From Phoronis australis (Eukaryota; Animalia; Phoronida): 64,000 bases of DNA. The translations under genes were made by a program, and so were the position numbers. This document shows positions 13,201-25,200 of the stretch, piece after piece (within the stretch, counting starts at the first letter, position 1; every line of letters starts with the position of its first letter). The notes below the pieces were generated by a model, which was given only the letters and a program-made list of their open reading frames with translations, made no database searches and was not told where the DNA came from. Location: contig NMRA01000082.1 in the NCBI GenBank assembly GCA_002633005.1, forward strand, positions 845,988-909,987, read 5' to 3'.

Positions 13201-16200
13201 TAGCGGGCTTAGACGGGGACCCCTAGAATTCTCCCAGATTCCAATTGGCATTTCGGGAGTGCGAATGTCTGACGGGCAAAATCCTGGCTAATATCCGGCC
13301 CAACACAAAATCCTGGATCAGCCCCTGGTTTATCACCTAAAAGTACTTGGGTTCTATAATCGACATTGGAAAGTGTCTGGTCTTAAATACAAGGTGAAGA
13401 GTTCATGCGCACACTCAACCTAAAAACGGGAGGCTCGAAGTTTTTAGGATGTGTACCTTTTACTAAAAAGCGGGTACGTTCATAGCTATGTATTGTGCAT
13501 TCGCCGAAGTTGGGTAGTTTCTGCCTTTTTAGTGGATTGTTGTCCGGTTTTCTACTTTTCCTGGTGTTTTTGTTTTTCCGAGGCGGAACTTTTTGCCCAC
13601 TTCGCTAAAAACGGGTCTCGTTCGAGCCCTTGGGTCCCTTTGGGTCTGCCTATGGTGTTGGGTCTGTAATATAGCGCTTCCTTACCGGTACTTCAACCAC
13701 CACTCCCACGTGAGTCTGGTATATCGTGTCATCTCAAGAGCACAGGGTATGTAATCGTCTAACTCAGACTCGGGTTCAGACTCCACACATACATGCATGT
13801 ACTCACATCGCATGATTTGAATACATTTGTAGCAGTGGGTTCACATGAGCGGCGAAAACGCCAGCAGTTTCATGAGCTAAAAAATTGCGACAACGTTAAC
13901 ATTTTAGCTAAAACCATTCACGGAACAAATACAAATATGGCCCAAACTTGAGCACTTTATTCAAATGCCACATATCGAGTGGCTGACAACTGTCGTCTCA
14001 CGGCTATCGGAATTTACAGAAAAAATGCGACGAACAATGAAGTGCCTTCAAATTTACTGATCCGGGTAGAACAAAGCAGAGGTCAAACGTGTTCTTTTGT
14101 ATTCTGACATAGTTCAAAGAACTAATGAATACTTTTTGGGGCGATTGCGTCTCGTACCCAATTTTGGTCAGTTTTAGGTATGCTGCAAAGGCCTGGGTCT
14201 TTGTCTTGGTGGAGTTCAAAGAGTAACATTTGCGAAGCGACGCATTCTTTAACCAAGAAATCCGGGTACAACAGACCAGGGGTTCTTTTACACCACAATC
14301 TCAAAGAACTTCCATTCGTGCCCAATATTTCCACAGTTACTATACATACTTGCCAACAAATCTATGTCACTCCAATGTTTATAGTTGGGAAAGTTACCAT
14401 AACCCGAATTGTGGCTTTAACCCATTTTCTGTCCAGAGGAGGCGTTATGATAAAGCATCATAATTGTCTAGTTTGAATAGCGAATTTCGTCTCGAGAAGA
14501 AGTTGGGAGTCGAGGGTAGCTTTAATATGCATATTGCGCTTTACAAATGGTTCAAAATATCTTCCAATACATTCCGATGACATTTGATATTTTTTCATTT
14601 ACAGCTCGCATGGAGGTAAACGTAGTACACGAAAAATTTCTTCTAAGATGGTTAGACCGACGTGACTTTGTGTCCTGCATGAAGATAGGAGACATTCGCG
14701 GCTCCATTGAGTGCCACGAGCCATTACTCGGACAGCTTTTGAACTTCACGTTTTACATCCGAGCCATGAAAGCACTGGAAATCTTCGAAGTTGAGGTGTA
14801 TGGCCACTGGACTAAAAGTAAGTTTCAACTTGAGATAAGGAAATGACACGTTCTTGTCTCCTTTCAGTGCTTTGCAACGCTGTAGACATATGTATCTGAC
14901 AAGGTACACTGACCGACGTCGCTAATCATGAAGGTGCCACCGTGTTTTCGCAATACACTTCCCAATCTACTTTTATTTCTTTTACAACTTTGTGGCAGAA
15001 TTTTGCAATTGTACCGTACAATCACGTTACAGTGTACGATAAACTTTTTAGTATTATGAATCCGCCAGTCAAATGAGCCTATTTCGTCATTATTGAAATT
15101 ACCAGACTTCGGATAGCAGCTTGCGAGTGTGGCATGCCCGAAATAATATAACGACTTCTATCACTGCACGCGGTGCTACAATCAATTTCCAAAGCGGAAA
15201 TTCTGAATGCTCTCTACCGGTTTAGCTCCAAATAATTAAAGGAGAATGCCACCCGATTTAATTAGTCTTTTTACCGTCTTAATCGGTCTATATCCACATC
15301 GCCTCTTATACGGTCGACCTGAACTTGCCGAGAGGTGTCGCGTTAACTGTGAGGAAGGTGAGAAACGACGCAGCGACGTCATTGGTTCGTCTGCAAAGTG
15401 AATGCCGCTATGTTGCGGTACATCGTTCCTGCTTGTACGAACTATGAAGCTGCGAAGAAATCGGGAAATCGGGTATATCGTTTTTTCGACTTCCTCGAGA
15501 GCCCAAAATGCTTAGGAAGTGGCTCGCCGTAGTGAAGAATGAAAGGCACGCTGCTAATACCAAGTACAATGTATGAGGCTGTAAAACATCTCCGTGTCTG
15601 TGGCCGGCTTTTCGTCAACAATGATTTCTCTGACGAATTCCGGCTTACCACAGAACTATCTATACGTTCCGTTGCCTGTGCACGTTCACGGCGCCTCTCC
15701 AGTATTTCTTGATCAGTGTATTCCGGTTCGAACTGATAGCCTGTGAAACCTAACGATCCGACCCGTGAAGTCTTCGACAGATGAGCTCTTGACTAAGTCA
15801 GAATTGGCGCCGAGCGAGTTGCCATGTAGACGTTTATTGTTCTGCGTTCTGTTTCAAAATGAATTATTCTCATCCTAACCAATGCTTATTTAAAACTGAA
15901 AAAAAATTCTGTCTCATTAGATACAATTTGTATTGCCTTTGCAGTATTCGTGAGTGCAAATGTTGAGAAGCCAGCAATGGCCACTGCACTACCGGCTTTT
16001 GATGCCGGTAATAAAGGTAACTGACCGGGCACCGAGGTCGTGTTAGTGCATGCTAATTCAGTGTTTGCTGACAGAAAGCTGTTGTGAAACAATTACTCGA
16101 TTTTATATGCTATGGTCGCATGTCAGGGGAATCTTTATTTAGAAATACAAATACATTATTCAAATCATTGTTACTGTACAACATTTGCCCTGACGGTCTG

Positions 16201-19200
16201 TGGAAGGGGAACCCGACTTTGCGGCCCCCAAGTAGATTTTCACTTTCGTGGCTAATTCACGTAAATAATTACGTGCACATTATTTCTTTGGCTCACTTTT
16301 ATAGTCTTTTCGTGACTGGAGGTTTAGTTTCCAACTCAAGCTGGTTTGTGTTCGTGCCAGTCCCGGCGGCCGCGACGGGCGTGATCGGGTTCTGAGCCAC
16401 TGGCCGGGATAACGAGTCAGTCCCGCCGCGACGGGCCTGATCGATTTCCGAACGACTGGCCGGGATAAGCGTTCTGTGTGTTTAGAACTCAAAAAATCAC
16501 AAGTCTAAACAACACAGATCTAGGTTCTCCTGTCTGCATTTCACGGAAGAATACTCCGAATTTATCTCCGAACAGACCCCAAACTCCTGCTACGGACCTT
16601 GGTAAGATGGCCTGCCGAACTTTGTAGGTTTCAGTGTGTCCAAATACCTATAAATCCGTAACAGTGAAATAAAACAACACGTTTTATAAGAAATCGGTGT
16701 GTTTTTAAGGGTTTTACATCGAAGTTTGATGATTTATTGGTGTTAAACGATGAATTCAAGAGATAAGCTGACACCAGTAACCCTTGTTGTGAATTGTTGA
16801 ACAGATTGCGCGTGAAACCTATGACGTCAATGGATAATTTCAACAACTCCGTCTGCCGTCAGGTGTCAGGTAACGCGTGCCGTTATCGAGTAGAACTACT
16901 CGATTTAAATTGATGCAAAATAGGTTGGTTTTGGGTGGCATTCTCCTTCAAAGTTCAATCTTTTTGTGTCGCAAAGGGTCTGTGAGAAGATTTTTCTCAA
17001 GACAGATGATGAAGACGACAGTAACTCTTTTTTAAATTGTAAGAAGTGATTTGGCATTCAGTCAAAGCTATTGCTATCAAGCAACACTGTGCGTTTATTG
17101 GATCAGTGGTTCAATATAGAAAGCCACTGACTAAAATGAAGGGATACCTGCTACACCAGGGGTGCGAAAGATAGTGCCTGTACATATATCTCAGTAAGGA
17201 GATGCGTAATTGTTGACAACGCATAGCAATGACAAAAATGCTTGGCAGTAAATTGTTCCTGACGCTATTTGCTCTGGCGCTAGTTTAGCTCTCTTGGAAC
17301 CTGTTTCAGCTCCTTTGAAACCTGAATCCGCTGGTTTACTTAATGTGTATCCTTGCAACTGCAAGGTAACACGTGACTGCAAGGACAAGGTACCATTGGC
17401 GATATGCAAACATGGTTGTTCTGATGGACGTAACCTGAGGCCCCCAGAATGCCAGGCAGGTAAGCGATTTATGTTATGCCCTGACTCTAATGCAGAGCCC
17501 TTGTTGGGTTACTGGTACAGCTAAATATTGCAAATAACATTACTTTCCAGAAATAACATTAACAAAAAAGTATCTGAGTAACAAGTGAAGATTGCACAAA
17601 TTAATTACTATAGAAGCCATATAAAACAGCAACCTTTACATACAGCATATGCAAACACGCACACATATGGGCACACACGCAAACACACGCACGTGCACAC
17701 ACACGAACACACACATGAACACACACACACACGGGGGCGCGCAAAAACACTCAAATAAATACACGTCGTGTAACTTTTCGAACGTTACGTAAAAATACCT
17801 GCTAGTAGGGCCCAAACGTTTCATTTATAATTGTTGAACAACACGGAGACATCAAAAGTCACTGTTTTCCAAGAAATCGTGTAACATGATCTCTGAACCC
17901 AAAAATATCTAGTTCAAAATCTCCTAACGTGTAGTCGTTGTCGAGAGTGGCTCTGAGACTGGAGTAAACGATATCGGGGGTCTTACTATTTCCGACATCT
18001 GTCCACGGCATCTGCAATAGTCAGCTTTGTGGAACTGTGGCACTAGGGTCTCATGTGACTAAATATAACAAGTCTGAACCAAAAAAACTAAGCCACAATT
18101 CTCAGCAACTGACAGAGCAAATTCCTTCAAAATTTTCAAAATGTGTCTCCAGGGTGTCGTCAGCAAATTTACAGAGAATCTTAGAGAAATATAAAAAACT
18201 ATGAAAGGACTGTGAAATTTGGCTACTTGGAAAATTACGTCGTTTCTAAGGCCGACCACTTTCGTATTTTTCCTTAAGGAATTCCCCGTTTTGGCGATCT
18301 CAGTCCGGGTTTGGGAACATGGAAATTTTTTTAGGTGACATTTGGCGAGTTGACGTTATGCAAAATGTGGAGATACAACAGTAAATGAGTAAATAGATCA
18401 ACACTTTAAAAATGTCACTACGTTACCACTTTAAGTTGGTTTTACGGTAGGAACGCAACACTGAAGTTCCTAACAATATTCCAAAATGATTCCAGGTCAA
18501 CTGATGTGATTTCACTGAGTATGAATAACCTTTGGTTACGATAAAATATTGTTCACATACCACAAATTTCTATTTCCATGCTAATAAGAATTCCCGAGAC
18601 TTGTTGAAGCACCCGTGCTGATCGAAAGAACGGAGAACACAATCAGAATAAAGTTTAAGCAATGGAATTGGAATACGGATATTGGGCATGGTCCGCCGAC
18701 GTTCTACAGTGTGGAGGCACGAGAACTATCGACTATAGGAGCAAAGTGGATTCACAAGGTATAGTGGTGCGCGTTCCGTGAAAGACGTTTCTTGCGAGAG
18801 AATGGAGACGGAGCAAAATCTTTTTCGGGGCAGGCGAATGTTTCGAGAGTAACCTCAGTATTTGCTGATGTTATGGTTCGGCGAATTTTTTCTGTGAATT
18901 ATGGGAAAATGCAAGGTATAAACCTCTCCCCAAAGTGTCTTGCGATAACCTTGATTTACTGAACGCGCCGCTGTCTTCATCGGTTTGTAATTTAATTTCC
19001 GTATTTTAAAATAATCAGTCCATCCCTACAATTTATCGTGATTAGCGAATTCTTATCATTTCTTTCAACTATCCCATCAACAGTCATTTATACGGTTTCG
19101 GAACTGAAATCTGAAAACCTTTTGTCCAATATCCCCCAAACTGCCAAATGGCTCTTCTTGTGGACAAACGTACAAATCACCCCAATAATCCTGGCCCGGA

Positions 19201-22200
19201 TTCGAGGTCGAGTTGCCAGTAGCGTGGCATAACACTTTCCGGTTAAAATCTGGTTCACGTTCTGATATGAAATTTCAGCATTTTCAGGACTTCGAAAGGA
19301 AGGAACTGGCGGCTGATTATTGCATGTACTTGACCCGCGGCACGTTTCATGGAACTAATCGGGCCTTCACTAACACCAAATTTGAGCTTATCTCAGACCG
19401 ATCTCTCTCAGCACTGTGTCTAAATGGCAAAACGTAACGACTGCAATCCCTACAAAGCGTTGAAGAAAAAACGTTGATATTTGTTATCAACATTTTACAA
19501 TATGATGCCTCAAGCAATTTGAAATCGTCTGTTTTATTTCTTATGTTCGATTCTAGAACCCACATTGCGATGGATGCAATCATTTTATCACATTTAGTAT
19601 TGAACAACAAATGACCTGGGACCGGTATTTGATCTTTTTACTCGAAATGGAACTCGAAATTGTGTTTGGCATTTTCTTCTCTACTTTTGTGCAAACTCAA
19701 GATAAGTGTCTATTATTCTATGGTCGAGTACAGAATGACTTACGTGGATAATTTTTTAGTCCTAGTTTGCAGTTGATGAACCCAACACTAAGGCTAAAAG
19801 TTCGAGTTTGAACTCGAAATTTGGAGTTTTCATTTGAGTTTGTAGCACGAATATAAGGGTCTTCAAGTGCAAGATTGGACTAGAAACTCGTATGCATCAA
19901 CTATAATGTACTCGAGCACCGTATGATAACCACTCATCTTGAGTTTGTACAAAAGAGGCAGAGATTGAAGTTGTCAAAAATACTCTCGAGTGCGTTTCGA
20001 GTAGAAAGATTAGTGACCGGGCACAGTTGTCACAACAGGTACATTTTACCGTACTTAGAAAGGAAGAAGAGGTTCTAAAGAGAACATTTCTTTGTTTTAA
20101 AACACCGTCTGCATGCTTTTAAAGTCTTAGTCATAAGGCATGTTACAGACATCAAACTATATGCACCTGATAATATCAACTACATTGAAAAACGATCCCT
20201 AAGAGACGCGATTCAAACACTTTCAGGCTCTGTGATGAACATCTGTTTATGATAAGCTCTAAAAATATGATTTGGCAGTATTTTGCATTGGTAAAAGGGA
20301 TTCTGGAAAACAAGAACGCGTGTTTGTTCAACGAAAGTTTTGATTTCAAACTTATCAATTTCTTGAAACTAATGGCACACAGCCAAAACTGTTTTTTTAA
20401 ACAGCTGTGCTTAAAGCTTCTTAAAAGAAGTTTAATCCTGCAGCTCGGAAGATATTCAGCAAAATGCTCAAATTTGCATCTTCACCTCGTCGCTCAGGGA
20501 TCGTTTTTTTCATTTTGTTTTCCTTTCTTATATTAAAGATAATGTCAAGCATTTATCGGTAACCGGTACGATATTCTTGAGATATGTATTGTTATATCCA
20601 ACAAAAAACCAATGGTAGTGTCCCATAGGTAATAACCATGTGACGCCCGTCGCATGGATCTCGCAAGTTAAACAATAGCTTGCGACTTCCATACGACATG
20701 ATTTGGCATATGAAATTTAAACTTATGAATTTAGTTTTTCAGGGAACATGCAGAATCCTTGTCCAAATCGACAGCATATTTTTTTCAGATTTTGATGTAT
20801 TTAACTTTTAATTCACCACAAGGTTAATCTCGATAATCGACAAAGGTGGGAGTGTTTCGTGTACAATTTGAAAATCTACAGCGTAGTGTATGCAAAAGCT
20901 TTGTGATACAGCTCGTGGTAATGCTCAGAATTTGTCGGCTGGAGTAGCAAACATTGTTTAGACATTGCAATTTAGAACGAAGTAAGTCCGTAGGTCAGTG
21001 TCAAATAAATTAGGGTGCCTCCTTTAAACTCTGTGAACTATTCCGTGACGATGAATTTTTCAAGGATAACAACCTTGTTTAAGTTTTCTAATTTGCATTT
21101 CAGAAAAAAATAACCCACAAGGCTTTGACGGAAACAGAGGCGGCGGGGGCGCTGGTGGACTTAACGTTAACGGGTGTTTCAATACAGAACAAATACGAAA
21201 TTCGTGTTGTTGCAGGGACTATGTACTACGCTACTGTAGACGACAAAACGAAATCAACAGAGTATGAAAATCCCAAAAAGACTTTAAAACTTACTCGTCG
21301 TGAGTGACCTTCACAGCCATTGACTTTTCACATAGTTTACATGTATATGCACACTGAAATGCAGTGTTCTACAAAGTCTTCTCGGTTAGCCATGCAGGTA
21401 TTAAATATTACAGATATTACTGTAGATCGCGATAATCACTTGGTGCTTAATTTCACCACGCCTGCGTTACTTAGATCCAAGAAACACACGAAGACGCAAT
21501 TGCTAAGTAATGTTATGGATTGAATTACAAACGAAGAGCACCATCATACTGAAGTTTTATGGCAGGGTTTGTGCCCTGCAACAGAGGAAAGCAGCCAAGT
21601 TAGGGACGGCCGTTTTACGGCTTATTCCCATAGAGCCTCTGGTTCTGTAGTTACAAAGTCATGCGTTTTCTTATTATGATGCCATAAAAACATACTTACA
21701 GTTCATGGAGCCTGGAGTAGCTGGCAAGACTGGGAATCATGCAGGGGAGATTTGACGACGTATGGACTGCAGTCGCGCGAGCGCAGATGTGATAACCCGG
21801 TGCCCTCAGACACAGGTGACCTCTGTGAAGGCAACATGGACGGCTATCGCAAATGTCCACCCAAGAAAGGTAGGGTATGTTTAGAACATAATACATGAAC
21901 AAGCAGAGAGTGGATACACTACATTCGAAAGGGTGTTGTGGTGAAAGGCACTGTGATTACACATGTGTTTTCAATACACCAAGCATTTGCTCCCGTCCTA
22001 CCACTATAAAAACTTTTCACATGGGCACTCTCTCGATTGACGAAAGTCACTTACGTGACTTCCGATTGACCCCTACTTAAAGTCGACTAGCTGGAACCCG
22101 TGCCTCGCACGGCTACCAACTGGTGTAAGGGACTGAATCAGCTTTAGCCGGTTTACGCTAGACATGAGAAGTTACCCTGGTGATACATGCTTGAGTTAGG

Positions 22201-25200
22201 AAACAAAAATATCACCTAAAAGCTTTGCTGTTATCAATGCTTTTAATTATTATTTGCTAGTGTCATCTAATTTTTTGGTTTATTGCATTTCGTTCGTTGT
22301 CGAACGTCCATTTTTATAGTTATTTCAACCGCACACAAATGTCATTGAGGTAATACCACGAAGTACAAATACACAATGTGTCTTTATTAGCCTATCGTAC
22401 CTCAAATTTACATGTACAGATCTATACATTAACAAGTTTAGTTGTAGTGATCAAGGTCCTCAATCAAATTAGTTCGGTGCTGTTCCTGATCACAGTAGAG
22501 CAGGAGGTCCGATTGTTGAGCGAACGAATATGATGTTACAAAAAAGGCCCAGGGACCTTGGGATGTAGAATAAAGCATCTTCTGTGTTGTCTTCCAGCAA
22601 ATGTAGTCTAGCCATACACCTCTTTCAAAGTATCCAGCACCTGACCCCTCATTGTGTACAGATGTTCAAATAATGTTCGGTCCGTGGAAGATTAGTGTTC
22701 GTAGGCAGTTAAGGTTCAAAGACCTTCGCCCAATGAAATTCTTTGATCCCTCCTTTCCATGTATGAAGATGAAGTTTCCAACCAACAATCGAGATTTTTA
22801 GATAATTATTTACAAAAAGCCATGTCAAATCTTGGGTTGTTTTTTCGTAGTAAACGGTACTTGCAACAGAGAAAAGAAAAACAACGATCAAATATACTTG
22901 GGAGTCATTTTGATACATGAGTTCTCCACGACCACTTTTAGCATGTCGCTTCAACAGGGTAGTGTTCCGTAATGCTATGACCTCGCAAAAAATCCAGCCA
23001 AAATCACGCGTTCTCATTTAAAATGCATGGCAACATCTCACGTAATCTTGCGAAGTTTTGCGTTTCAATAAAGTCCTAGAGTTACTGAACTCAGGGCAGG
23101 TTTGCCGGTGCTCCATCAGGTTTGAGTAACTTGCAACATACGGGCTTGTTTGCCCATAACAAAGAATGCCTGCCAGGTCGAGTCCATGAGTTAAAGACCT
23201 TCTCTCACGCGTTGTTAACCCTTATTACATGGTTAGAGGAAGTTATAAGGATCAAAGAAGTACTAACCCCATAACTAATACACAATCCGTACTCGAAAAA
23301 AGTTTAAATGACCGCGCCACTCACGATTCGCACCCGAAGAACGACCGCCATTTGAACTTGCCGCGAACCCGGAAGTACAATTCATTCAGGAACCCAGGCT
23401 AAGAAAACGCCGTCAGTGCGACTGGAGCAGTGCTGGTTACCAGCCTGCAAATGGGGATAAAATAATCGACAGCGCGCCATAATTTTAATAAAATCAAAAC
23501 ACGGACAATTTTATCGAATTTGCTGAAGAAATGTGGCGAATAAATTTTGACAGAAATTATTTTGCCGGACTCGAGACCGCAGCCTATCCGACCCGGTGCG
23601 GAGCGAAGCCAGACACTGGCGAACGGTAAAGGCATGCGGTTGCAAGCTGTTTTGTCGGAAGTAAAATGGTCAAATCATAAATGCTGCATATATTCAAGGG
23701 TAGTTTCAGACACTTGCATGAAATTACGGGCTGGTTAGTCGTGTGTCACACTGCCGCGGCAGACCTTAGTTGGCCTCAGTCACCAGCTACCAGTGAAGAC
23801 TATAGTCAAAATACAGCTTGTTAGTAGGCCTATACAGCTTTGCGCCAAGGCTACCCTTAGGCCTAACTGGTCGCTGGCCACAAACACAAAAAACACGACA
23901 ATTGAACAAAGTTTCTTTTTGTAGCAACGTTTGTCAAAATGTATCAACGTTAAATCTTCACAAATTACAAAGAAGCCGATTGAACATGCCTTTCAGTTCA
24001 GCAAAATTCGCAATTGTCGGTGCCGCCAGAAATGAGACGAAGTCCAACGGGAATTGTGAGCACATTTATCACTTAATGAGTAACAACTGCGAGGCTGAAA
24101 TTCGGTGAACACTGTTAAATCGTGCAGAATAGTAAGTAAAGACATGTCTAACTAAATTTCACCGTAATTTGTTGGCGAAAACAATTTACACAAAGTTTTA
24201 AACTCGTAACTCATCCCGCTGTCCTCCAATATGGCCGACGCGATCCAAACAAAGTGACCCAAAATTCGCCCCAAAACTTGCAAAAAAAATTACAGTGCTT
24301 GCCCCGATTGTGATACTTTTTCAATTTTTACTGAGTAGAATGTACTACCTTTCCGATGACAGCAAAGTACTTTTTCAAAACAAGGGAAAAAATAAAACCG
24401 AAAAAAAAATTGGCTCGACCCATAGGGTTCCTAGGCTCGACCGGCCTACGTAAGGAACTAAACACCAATGCTATTTTAACATACTAAGTACACGTAACCT
24501 TCCAAAAAAAATCAACGACCACTAACTACAAACTATAAATACACTACATATGCAAACGAATCACGATATATTACTAATAAAACAAAATAATGAAGACTTT
24601 TCGGGCAAGCCATAGCACGTTCAGTTACAAGGAAAAAATGGCGGCGTTCAGGACAAGTTCCAGAACTGATGAGCCGGAAATGTGGGTACGGAAAAAAGCG
24701 ATGACAACCGGTAATCATTCGCTCAGAGAGAAGGCTCAAATACTGTTAAAAAATCGCTTTTGGGAAGGAAGGCGAAAAGAATATAAAGGAAGGTTGTCGA
24801 AAATAAGAATTTATGTAGCAAGTATTTTCGGAAACTGGAACCACATGGGCAGTTTGCAAGAAGGACTTTAAGGTCTTTCTGACAGGTTTGGTTTACATGT
24901 ACATGTATCACTGACTACTATTTGGCATGACACACATAATAACAGGAAATTGTAACACATGAATGCGATTCTAGACGTGATCAAAGTTATTTGATAACTT
25001 GAAAATTTGAACCAATAAAAGAAAGTGCCCAGCCGGAGTGTGTCATTCTATACCAGTCCAATGTGGCAGAAGGTTGACCCAGATAAACATGAACACATGA
25101 CCTGACGTGGGAAATCCCGAACACTTGAAACTGTCTATTTACAATTCAATTTCAACCCAAAATGTAAAAAAGTGGTGATTGTCTACTGTTTATTACAATA

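Larger units (their letters stand above)
15240..16947. mobile_element. Kolobok-type DNA transposon, internally deleted
   Basis: Perfect 15-bp TIR AGGAGAATGCCACCC...GGGTGGCATTCTCCT; flanks TTAA/TCAA; THAP remnant on + and YQFEPEY peptide on -. Confidence 0.82.

Noticed and set aside
15945-16016. Open 72-nt phase 1-1 exon candidate ([24 protein letters not shown]) with AG/GT
   Set aside because: Lies inside the Kolobok element and has no domain similarity; left out of the gene model, although exonisation cannot be excluded without RNA-seq.
22850-22930. YLGVIL-like reverse-transcriptase motif
   Set aside because: Single short motif needing frameshifts; insufficient.
23399-24871. Short ORFs shared by the two 1.65-kb copies
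   Set aside because: Frames are broken differently in the two copies; consistent with a non-coding element.
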